64,000 nucleotides of DNA from Deltaproteobacteria bacterium (GTDB lineage: Bacteria; Myxococcota_A; Polyangia; Polyangiales; Houyiibacteriaceae), in the NCBI GenBank assembly GCA_017644045.1, contig JAEPMI010000002.1, positions 259,026 to 323,025 on the forward strand. Direction: 5' to 3'. A program made the position numbers and the translations under genes. Positions 36,513 to 44,979 of the stretch are shown here, piece after piece. The first letter of the stretch is position 1, and the number at the start of each line of letters is the position of its first letter. The notes under the pieces were generated by a model. It ran no database searches. It had not been told where the DNA came from and saw nothing but the letters and a program-made list of their open reading frames with translations.

Positions 36513-37613
36513 TCAGCCGAGCTCGAGCAGCCGAACGCCGACCTCGCCCTCGACCTCGACGAGCTCGCCGGTCGCGACGATCTTCGTGCCCACCCGCAGC
36601 CGAACGGCCTCGCCGATCGGCACGCCGGACGCGACCACCTCTCCCGGTCGCAGCGCAGCCAGCTCGTCCAGGCTGAGCTCGAAGCTCGCCAGCTCCAGGC
36701 TCAGCGTGACCGGCGCGTCGCCGACCACATCGAGCGCGCCCTCGGTCTGGGTCTCGGTCATGTCGTCGCTCATCCTTCGTCCCTCCGCGGTCGGGCTCTC
36801 GAGCCCCTTCACTTGATCCTCGATCGCCAGACCGTTCGACGACGGCCGGCACCACCATGATGTCCGGGTCGCCCCCGCGGCGACGATCCGGAGCTGGCCG
36901 CCCCCCCACCAGTAGCGATCCGGAACCAGCACGTCGCCCTCTTGGAGCGAGCGAAGCACCGACCCCTCCAGGACGGCCTCGCCGGCGTCGACACACAATC
37001 GAAGCGCCACGGGCGGTCGTCGCGACGGCCGTGGGGGCAACCCGTCCAGGATCGCGGTGGGGATCCACAGGCGAAGGGTCCGGGCCCCGAGCCCGGGTGC
37101 GCTCACCTGGATGGACCAGACCGCCGACCCGACATCGCCGATCGCCGCCACGAACGCATCGGCCGTGGTCAGGACCGGGCCCACCCGCCAGGGCAGCGCC
37201 GCGGTCGTCGCCACCTTCGCCGCGGCGTAGGCCAGCGCTCCGCGACGCACGTCGCCGAGCGGTGCCGCGGCGTCGATGTGCCCGTCGCCGCCCAGCAGTC
37301 GGTCGGCCAGCCACGCAGCCAACGCCGGGTCCGCCTCCAGGATCGCGAAGCGACCGGGCGCCGCGCCACTCGGCGCGAGCGCGACCCCGACGAGCGGCTC
37401 GAGCAGGGACGCGCGAAGCGTGCCCGGATCGCACACGTGCAGGACCTCGCCCGCGGCGCCGACCTCCGCACCGACCAGCTCCGAGAGCGCCGCGAGGGCC
37501 GATCGTCCGTCGAGCGGGAGCGCGTGCCGCGCCGCCCGTCGTCGCAGCTCGACCTCCGCACGGGGGACCTTCGGAACCCGCTCGTAGGGGTAGGCCTTCA
37601 CGCCTCTCGCCAT
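36513..37613 (-). CDS. SctQ/YscQ-FliN family protein (SpoA domain)
   Basis: ATG at 37613. C-terminal SpoA pattern PVTLSLELASFELSLDELAALRPGEVVASGVPIGEAVRLRVGTKIVATGELVEVEGEVGVRLLEL. Confidence 0.75.
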   Translation of the reverse strand: MARGVKAYPYERVPKVPRAEVELRRRAARHALPLDGRSALAALSELVGAEVGAAGEVLHVCDPGTLRASLLEPLVGVALAPSGAAPGRFAILEADPALAAWLADRLLGGDGHIDAAAPLGDVRRGALAYAAAKVATTAALPWRVGPVLTTADAFVAAIGDVGSAVWSIQVSAPGLGARTLRLWIPTAILDGLPPRPSRRPPVALRLCVDAGEAVLEGSVLRSLQEGDVLVPDRYWWGGGQLRIVAAGATRTSWWCRPSSNGLAIEDQVKGLESPTAEGRRMSDDMTETQTEGALDVVGDAPVTLSLELASFELSLDELAALRPGEVVASGVPIGEAVRLRVGTKIVATGELVEVEGEVGVRLLELG

Positions 37614-37660
37614 ACCACACCCCCTCGGCGAGGCGCTCCGGTTCGGGATACGCTGCGCCG

Positions 37661-38245
37661 ATGATGCGCGCGCTGCCCCTCCTCGTGCTCGCCCTCGCCT
37701 GTGGCGGTGGCGACCCCGACGGCGAACCGGTGACCTACGCGAACGAGGGCTCGGAGACGGAGACGAACGCGCCGTCCGGCGAGGCATCGGCCGAACCGGC
37801 GGCCTCCCTCGCGCCCGAGATGGCCGCCGTCCTCGACGCCCACAACCAGGCCCGCGCCGAGCACTGCGCGCCACCGCTCGAATGGTCGGCCGAGCTCGAG
37901 GCCGCCGCCAGCGCATGGGCCGACGAGCTCGTGGCGCGCGGCTGCACGCTCGAGCACAGCCAGGGCTCGCTCGGCGAGAACCTCTATGCCGCGACCGCGG
38001 GGGCCACCACCCCGGCCGACGCCGTCCAGGCCTGGGTGCGCGAGCGCGACGCCTACGACTTCGACCGCGGCGGCTTCTCCATGCAGACCGGCCACTTCAC
38101 GCAGGTCGCGTGGAAGGGAACGAGTCGGCTCGGCTGCGCCACCCTCGAGTGCAACGGCCTCGACCTCTGGGTCTGCAACTACGACCCCGCCGGGAACGTG
38201 CAGGGCGGCTACCAGGCGAACGTGAGCGCACAGGGCTGCGACTGA
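37661..38245 (+). CDS. CAP/SCP/PR-1 domain lipoprotein
   Basis: Lipobox LALAC. HNQARAEH...GENLY...TGHFTQVAWKGTSRLGCA...WVCNYDPAGN. Confidence 0.9.
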   Translation: MMRALPLLVLALACGGGDPDGEPVTYANEGSETETNAPSGEASAEPAASLAPEMAAVLDAHNQARAEHCAPPLEWSAELEAAASAWADELVARGCTLEHSQGSLGENLYAATAGATTPADAVQAWVRERDAYDFDRGGFSMQTGHFTQVAWKGTSRLGCATLECNGLDLWVCNYDPAGNVQGGYQANVSAQGCD

Positions 38246-38296
38246 CCCGACCCTGCCCTTGCCTGCGGGTCGCACTCGCATCACACCCCCGGAGCG

Positions 38297-39265
38297 ATGT
38301 CCTCGGGCTCCCGCGACCGCTACGCCACCGCCGCCTGGGCCTTTCTCGGCTACACGGTGCTCGTCGTCCTCTGGGGCGCGCTCGTCCGAGCGACGCTCTC
38401 CGGTGACGGCTGCGGCGATCACTGGCCGCTCTGCAACGGCGAGGTCGTCCCGGTCGAGCCGAGCTCGAAGACGCTCATCGAGCTGACCCACCGCATCACG
38501 AGCGGCTTCGCCTGGATCGGTGCACTCGCCTTCGCGATCCTCGCGCGTCGACGATTCCCCAAGGGGCACGCCGCCCGCCGCGGTGCCTTCTGGGGCTTCT
38601 TCTTCATGACGACGGAGGCACTCGTCGGCGCCGGGCTGGTCATCTTCCGGATGGTCGCCGACAACCCGGACCACGCGCGCGGGTACTGGGCCGTCGCCCA
38701 CCTCTGCAACACCTTCCTCTTGCTCGCGGCGCTGACGCTCCACGCCCGCTGGGCCTCTCGCCCCGGGCGACTCTCGTTCCGTGGCGCGCGCGGGGCCATG
38801 GTCGGCGCCGGGATGCTCGCCATCCTGACCGTGGGCGCGACCGGGGCCATCGCCGCGCTCGGCGACACCCTCTTCCCGGTCAACAGCCTCGCCGAGGGCT
38901 TCGCTCAGGATCTCGATCCGGCGAGCCACCTCTTCCTCCAGCTCCGCGGGCTCCACCCCCTCGTCGCGATCGCGGCGGCCGCCTACCTGGCGGCGCTCGG
39001 CGGCGCGCTCGCCTCGCGCGGAGAGGCGAAGGGACCGGCGCTCGCGGTCGCCGGCATCGCGCTGCTCCAGGTGCCGCTCGGCTTCCTCAACGTGGTGCTC
39101 CTGGCGCCCGTGTGGCTCCAGCTCGTTCACCTCTTGGTCGCCGATGCGCTCTGGATCGCCCTGACGCTGCTCGGCACCGCGCTCGCCACCCGCTCAGCGG
39201 AGGATCGCGATCGGATCGAAGTCGAGGCCCGCCCGGGAGAGCTCCGCGTCGAGGCGCGAGGCTAG
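38297..39265 (+). CDS. ctaA: heme A synthase (COX15/CtaA family)
   Basis: GALVRATLSGDGCGDHWPLCNG...IELTHRITSG and eight TM segments. Confidence 0.85.
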   Translation: MSSGSRDRYATAAWAFLGYTVLVVLWGALVRATLSGDGCGDHWPLCNGEVVPVEPSSKTLIELTHRITSGFAWIGALAFAILARRRFPKGHAARRGAFWGFFFMTTEALVGAGLVIFRMVADNPDHARGYWAVAHLCNTFLLLAALTLHARWASRPGRLSFRGARGAMVGAGMLAILTVGATGAIAALGDTLFPVNSLAEGFAQDLDPASHLFLQLRGLHPLVAIAAAAYLAALGGALASRGEAKGPALAVAGIALLQVPLGFLNVVLLAPVWLQLVHLLVADALWIALTLLGTALATRSAEDRDRIEVEARPGELRVEARG

Positions 39266-39820
39266 CCGCTCGGCCTCCGCCAGATCGGCGCTCGTGGCTC
39301 CTTCTCGCAGGTGGAGCTCGGGCACGAGCGAGTCGCCCTGCTGCCGGAGTCGGACCTCGAGCGCCGCTCCGGCGAGGGTCAGGCGGACCTCGTGACCGCC
39401 GTCGACCTGACCCACGCGAACGGAATGGAGCAGCCGCTCCGCCATCGCTGCCGCCTGGGCTCGCTCGAGCCCGGAGCCGGGAGCGGGCGCGGCCGACTCG
39501 GGGAGCGGCTGGAGCACGGGCATCGCTCGGAAGGGCTCGAGACCGGCGTTCTCGAGCGCCGATCCGTCCGACGACCGACGGCTGTGGGCTCTCTCACGGG
39601 GAATCTCGGGCGCGACCGCGCGGCCCTCGTCCTCCGCTCTCGGCCGGCGGGTCGGTCCTGCCGACGCCTCGGTCGCGGTGGGTGACAGACGCTTCAGCGT
39701 GTCGGCAAAGGGGTGGCCAGCGCGATGCTGACCCTTCGGGCTCGACCGATGATGCGAGGGCCCCCGAACGGGGCCCCTCGGGGTGCGGTGAGCGACTCGG
39801 ACGCCTCGGGGATTCGCCAT
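39194..39820 (-). CDS. hypothetical protein; C-terminus weakly FliK/YscP (hook-length control)-like
   Basis: 208-aa ORF with codon bias best in the C-terminal half (VRVGQVDGGHEVRLTLAGAALEVRLRQQGD...). Its 3' end overlaps the ctaA 3' end by 72 nt. Confidence 0.45.
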   Translation of the reverse strand: MANPRGVRVAHRTPRGPVRGPSHHRSSPKGQHRAGHPFADTLKRLSPTATEASAGPTRRPRAEDEGRAVAPEIPRERAHSRRSSDGSALENAGLEPFRAMPVLQPLPESAAPAPGSGLERAQAAAMAERLLHSVRVGQVDGGHEVRLTLAGAALEVRLRQQGDSLVPELHLREGATSADLAEAERLASRLDAELSRAGLDFDPIAILR

Positions 39821-39878
39821 GGCCCCTTCTTCGCGCCAGAAACCGCGCAGTTGCGTCCCATTCGTGTAAGCTCGCTCC

Positions 39879-41000
<1,122 letters not shown>

Positions 41001-41122
41001 GGCCTCCTCGCCGGAGCGATCCGGACCCAGGCTCTCGCACAGCGCTCGCCGCGACTCCATCTGCGCCCTCGCCTTGACGGCACCGGCTCCGATCGGCCAT
41101 ATCCCGCGCGAGCTTCAGCGCC

Positions 41123-42022
41123 ATGACCAGCCGTTCCGTTCCTCAGAGCGCCCCCGTCGCGACCCTTCGTGACCTCGCCTCCCTCGCCAAGCCCCGCATC
41201 ACCCTGATGGTGGTCATCACGGCGGCAGGTGGGATGTTCCTGGCCCCAGGGGCGATCCCCCTGACGACGGCCCTGGTGATGCTGCTCACCACAGCGACCG
41301 TGGTGGCCGGCGCGAACTCGCTGAACTGCTGGCTCGAGCGCGACTCCGACCGCTTCATGCAGCGGACGATGGATCGCCCGCTGCCCGCCGGGCGGATGGA
41401 GCCGAAGGTCGCGATGGTCTTCGGTGCCTCGCTCGGCCTCCTCTCGGTGCCGGCGTTGACGCTTCTGGTGAACCCGACCACCGGTGCCCTCGGGGCGCTG
41501 GCGCTGGTCTCCTACGTCGCCGTCTACACGCCGATGAAGCAGCGCTCGTCGGTGGCGCTCCTGGTCGGTGCGATTCCGGGAGCTCTGCCCCCGCTGATGG
41601 GCTGGACCGCGACCACCGGCTCGATCGACGCGCCCGGCCTGGTCCTCTTCGGCATCCTCTTCTTCTGGCAGGTCCCGCACTTCCTCGCGATCTCGATCTA
41701 CCGCCAGAGCGAGTACGAGAAGGCTGGCCTCAAGACCCTCCCGGCAGAGCGCGGTCTGGGTGCCGCGAAGGCCCAGGCCTTCCTCTACACGGGCGCGCTC
41801 GTCGTCTGCACCGTGCTCCTCGCCTTCTTCCGCACCGCCGGCGTCATCTACCTCGCCGCGGCCGTCATCCTCGGCGCGCACTTCCTCTTCGTGGCCGCCC
41901 AGGGCTTCCGCATCGAAGAGCGCCCTGCCGTCGACAAGTGGGCCAGGAAGCTCTTCATCACGTCGCTCATCTACCTGACCGCGCTCTTCGCGGCGCTGAT
42001 GGTCGACGCCATCGTCCTCTGA
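41123..42022 (+). CDS. ctaB: protoheme IX farnesyltransferase (heme O synthase)
   Basis: UbiA-fold protein with NCWLERDSDRFMQRTMDRPLPAGR and YTPMKQRS motifs typical of CyoE/CtaB. Confidence 0.9.
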   Translation: MTSRSVPQSAPVATLRDLASLAKPRITLMVVITAAGGMFLAPGAIPLTTALVMLLTTATVVAGANSLNCWLERDSDRFMQRTMDRPLPAGRMEPKVAMVFGASLGLLSVPALTLLVNPTTGALGALALVSYVAVYTPMKQRSSVALLVGAIPGALPPLMGWTATTGSIDAPGLVLFGILFFWQVPHFLAISIYRQSEYEKAGLKTLPAERGLGAAKAQAFLYTGALVVCTVLLAFFRTAGVIYLAAAVILGAHFLFVAAQGFRIEERPAVDKWARKLFITSLIYLTALFAALMVDAIVL

Positions 42023-42024
42023 CG

Positions 42025-42579
42025 ATGCGCTGGCTCGCGCTGGTCTCGATCGCGCTGCTCGGCTGCTCGGAGCCGGAGCCGCCGCCGACCCTGCTGGAGG
42101 TGCCGGCGTTCGAGCTGACCAGCCAGGCGGGCGACGCCTTCGGCAGCGAGCAGCTCCAGGGCGAGGTGTGGATCGCCAACTTCATCTTCACCCGCTGCCC
42201 GACCATCTGTCCGCTGCTCACCAGCCAGATGAAGGGGCTCACGGACTCGCTCGCCGACACCCCCGTTCGCTTCGTCTCGTTCAGCGTGGACCCGGCGAAC
42301 GACACACCCGCGGTCCTGACCGAGTACGCCGAGCGCCACGGCGCGGACACCGCGCGCTGGACCTTTCTGACCGGCGACAACCACGCGCTCCAGGACGTCG
42401 TGGTCGAAGGCCTGCGCGTCCGCATGGGCAACGAACCGGACGAGACCGGCAACATCCTGCACGGCAGCCACTTCGTGCTGGTCGACGGGACCGGGACGAT
42501 CCGCGGCTACTACCAGTCGAACGTCGAAGGGCTCCGCGACATCGCGACGGACGCCCGGACGCTCACCGACTCGCACTGA
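42025..42579 (+). CDS. SCO1/SenC copper chaperone lipoprotein
   Basis: Lipobox ALLGC. FIFTRCPTICP CxxxC motif and the conserved H in GSHFVLVD. Confidence 0.9.
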   Translation: MRWLALVSIALLGCSEPEPPPTLLEVPAFELTSQAGDAFGSEQLQGEVWIANFIFTRCPTICPLLTSQMKGLTDSLADTPVRFVSFSVDPANDTPAVLTEYAERHGADTARWTFLTGDNHALQDVVVEGLRVRMGNEPDETGNILHGSHFVLVDGTGTIRGYYQSNVEGLRDIATDARTLTDSH

Positions 42580-42586
42580 GTCAGCA

Positions 42587-42893
42587 CCGAGCCGAACGCC
42601 GAACGTCGAGCGCCGCGTCGACGGAGTCGGTCAGGAGTCGGCCGTCGGGGCTCGGAGTCGGCCGTCGGAGTTCGGAGTCGGCCGTCGGAGTTCGGAGTCG
42701 GCCGTCGGAGTTCGGAGTCGGCCGTCGGAGTTCGGAGTCGGCCGTCGGAGTCGGCGTCGGCGTCGGCGTCGGAGTTCGGAGTCGGAGTTCGGAGTTCGGA
42801 GTCGGCCGTCGGCCGTCGGAGTCGGCCGTCGGAGTTCGGAGTTCGGAGTTCGGAGTTCGGGGTCGGAGTCGGAGTTCGGCGTTCGGCGTTCGG
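42587..42893. repeat. array A: ~40 tandem 6-7-nt units ending in TCGG (non-coding)
   Basis: Hand parse from 42621: spacers AG, CCG, AGT, CG or CGT, each followed by TCGG. The 20-mer GGAGTCGGCCGTCGGAGTTC is perfect four times at 42654-42733, with near copies on each side. Three opposite-sense CCGA units at 42587-42605 precede a short palindrome. Confidence 0.95.
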
Positions 42894-43130
42894 CTCTGGT
42901 CCGTTCAACCACTGGGGATCTGGTCTTTCGTCGTGGCCGCAACAGTCGGAGGTTCCCAATGACGATCGATTCTCTCTCGCTCGACGCTGTTTCGGCGGTC
43001 CATGAAGACGTCATGCCGATGCTTTCGCGGGTTTACTTACCCCGACCCCCGGGGCAGCCTCAGATCAGCAGGACGAGCCAGCCCCTTCACCCCTTGCCGG
43101 AGGCAAGCCGATGCGAAGCGAGGCGACACA
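42894..43130. other. unique, less GC-rich core between the two arrays
   Basis: No tandem units. Contains GGAGG-N6-ATG (42959), the palindrome CCCCGGGG (43047-43054) and the hairpin CTTGCC-GGA-GGCAAG (43093-43107). Confidence 0.8.
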
Positions 43131-43374
43131 CCGAAGTCCGACACCGACTGCCGACTGCCGAACGCCGACTGCCGAGCGCCGACGCCGAACGCCGAACGCC
43201 GACTGCCGAACTCCGACGCCGAACGCCGACGCCGAACGCCGAACGCCGACTGCCGAACTCCGACGCCGAACGCCGACTACCGAACGCCGAGACCCGACGC
43301 CGAACGCCGACGCCGAACGCCGAGACCCGACGCCGAACACCGACTACCGAACGCCGACCACCGAGAGCCGACTA
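43131..43374. repeat. array B: 36 tandem 6-7-nt units beginning with CCGA (mirror image of array A, non-coding)
   Basis: Hand parse: CCGAACG, CCGACG, CCGACTG, CCGAACT, CCGAGAC and others. There is an exact 47-nt higher-order duplication (43179-43225 = 43226-43272). The array ends at the cpoB stop codon. Confidence 0.95.
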
Positions 43375-44220
43375 AGACGTGCAGGCGCTGCGCGGCGCCT
43401 GGTTGATCTGCCGCAGCTTCCGCCGCGCATCGTCCCGCAGCGGCGATCGCCGATGCCCGCGGATCAATGCCTCCAGCGCCGCCTTCGCGTCCGTGCATGC
43501 ATGGAGCTGGAAGAACGCGTCGGCCATGTCGAAGAGCGCCTCGTCGACGGCGTCACCGCTCGCGTAGTTGGTGATCACCCGGCGGAACTCCCCGAGCGCG
43601 TTCGCCGGCCGGCGCTCGAGCAGGTAGGCCTTGCCCACCCAGTACTGCGCGTCGTCGGTCTGGTCGTCCTCGGGGTAGCGGCGGATGAACTCGCGGAAGA
43701 GCGCGCGCGCCTGAGAGTGCTCGCCGGCTTCGATCGCACGGCGCGCCGCGGCGAAGTGCTCGTCCTTCCCGTCGGGGATCTGCGAGTCGTCGACCGCCAT
43801 GTCCACGCCGGCCTTCTGAGCGAAGCGGCGGATCTGGGCGTCGAAGGCCTGCTGCTGCTCGCCCATCTGGCGCTGGGTGTTCGCGAGCTCGTTCTGCAGC
43901 TCGGCGAGGCTGCCCTCGACCGCCTGCAGCTGCTCACGCAGCTGGATCACCTCGGTGCCGAGGTCCGCGCTGTTGCGCGTGACCACGGCGGTCGCCTGCT
44001 CGAGCACTTCTTGGAGCTCGGCGACCTTGGTCTCGGCGGTCTCGAGCGCCGCGTCCATGCGCTGGCGGGTCTCGGCGATGCCGGTCTCCAGGGCTTCCAG
44101 CCGCGCGTTCTGCTCGGCCAGCTTCTCCTCGAGCGCGTCCCCCTTGGCCTTTGGGTAGCAACCGCCGAGCGCGAGCGCGGCGGTCAACCCCAGGATCCAG
44201 TGCTGCGGGCGGGCGGTCAT
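43372..44220 (-). CDS. cpoB: Tol-Pal system protein CpoB/YbgF (coiled coil + TPR)
   Basis: ATG 44220 overlaps the pal stop (ATGA). Lipobox-like ALGGC, a long coiled coil, and a C-terminal TPR-like AQYWVGKAYLL...DEALFDMADAFFQL. Confidence 0.8.
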   Translation of the reverse strand: MTARPQHWILGLTAALALGGCYPKAKGDALEEKLAEQNARLEALETGIAETRQRMDAALETAETKVAELQEVLEQATAVVTRNSADLGTEVIQLREQLQAVEGSLAELQNELANTQRQMGEQQQAFDAQIRRFAQKAGVDMAVDDSQIPDGKDEHFAAARRAIEAGEHSQARALFREFIRRYPEDDQTDDAQYWVGKAYLLERRPANALGEFRRVITNYASGDAVDEALFDMADAFFQLHACTDAKAALEALIRGHRRSPLRDDARRKLRQINQAPRSACTS

Positions 44221-44873
44221 CGCTGAGTGAACGTGACCTTGCGGTCCTGCGCCCAGCCGGACTCGTTCTCGCCCGTGGCCATCTCCTCGCCGACCGAAGA
44301 GGCGGTGAGGTTGGCGCCGTCGACCCCGAGGGAGGTCATGAACTGCTTCACCGAGCGGGCGCGGCGGTCGCCGAGCGCGAGGTTGTACTCCTCGGTGCCC
44401 TGCGGGTCGGTGTAGCCGGTGAGGTGCATGCGGGTGATGTTCTGCTCGCGCATGCAGTTCACGTTCGACTGGATCTGGTCCCGGGTGGACGACGAGAGGT
44501 CGTCGCTGTCGAACCCGAAGTAGACCGTGTCGATGGTGCAGCCCTGTGCCGCGGGCTCGTCGGGCGGCGGCAGGTCGGTCGACTGCATCGCCACGCACTG
44601 GTTGTTCTGGCACTCCTGACCATCCGGGCAGTCCCCGGAGCCGGTGCAGTAGCCCTCGATCGGATCACACCGACCGCCGCGGCACTGCTGCCCAGCGGGG
44701 CAATCGCTGTCCTCGCGGCACTGCTGGCACTGTCCATTCACGCAGAATTCCCCTGCGTGACAGTCCTCGTCATCGTTGCAGTTAGGGTACTCCGGCCCAC
44801 ACGCGACGAGCGCGACAGCCGAGAGCATCCCGAGGCCCAACCAGAGATTTCGGGGTTCCATGTTCATCCTCAA
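44217..44873 (-). CDS. pal: peptidoglycan-associated lipoprotein (OmpA-like) with N-terminal Cys-rich repeats
   Basis: Lipobox ALVAC. Three DCxxGxxCxxGxC repeats. OmpA-like VYFGFDSDDL...LTGYTDPQGTEEYNLALGDRRARSV. Confidence 0.85.
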   Translation of the reverse strand: MRMNMEPRNLWLGLGMLSAVALVACGPEYPNCNDDEDCHAGEFCVNGQCQQCREDSDCPAGQQCRGGRCDPIEGYCTGSGDCPDGQECQNNQCVAMQSTDLPPPDEPAAQGCTIDTVYFGFDSDDLSSSTRDQIQSNVNCMREQNITRMHLTGYTDPQGTEEYNLALGDRRARSVKQFMTSLGVDGANLTASSVGEEMATGENESGWAQDRKVTFTQR

Positions 44874-44979
44874 CCGTGGCGCTACCCGTGCGCGATCCGG
44901 TTGTCAATGCGTGGGGCACCTGCCGGCATTTCGCCAGGGGTATGACCCGATCCGTTCTCATCGTGCCTCTTACAGTGGG

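Noticed and set aside
35461-37620. 719-aa minus-strand ORF
   Set aside because: It crosses tmk and the PDZ gene antisense and lies in a different frame from the real SctQ-like gene. Extremely Arg/Gly-rich.
41074-41105. Possible sigma-70-like promoter (TTGACG ... CATATC) upstream of ctaB
   Set aside because: The -10 match is poor and the spacer is ambiguous (17-18 nt). There is not enough support to call it.
42510-42959. 149-aa minus-strand ORF through array A (and the 42168-42962 plus-strand ORF)
   Set aside because: Same reasoning as above: repeat-generated low-complexity frames. The plus-strand ORF overlaps the real SCO1 gene out of frame.
42587-43374. CRISPR array interpretation of the repeats
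   Set aside because: The units are 6-7 nt (or 20/47-nt higher-order repeats) and directly abut one another with no unique spacers. No cas genes are in the window.
42959-43375. 138-aa ORF with an upstream GGAGG that reads through array B
   Set aside because: Codon bias is much weaker than in real genes. The product would be an Arg/Pro/Thr repeat generated by the 6/7-nt units. The frame is kept open only by chance of the unit mix. It is retained as an observation in the core finding, not as a gene.
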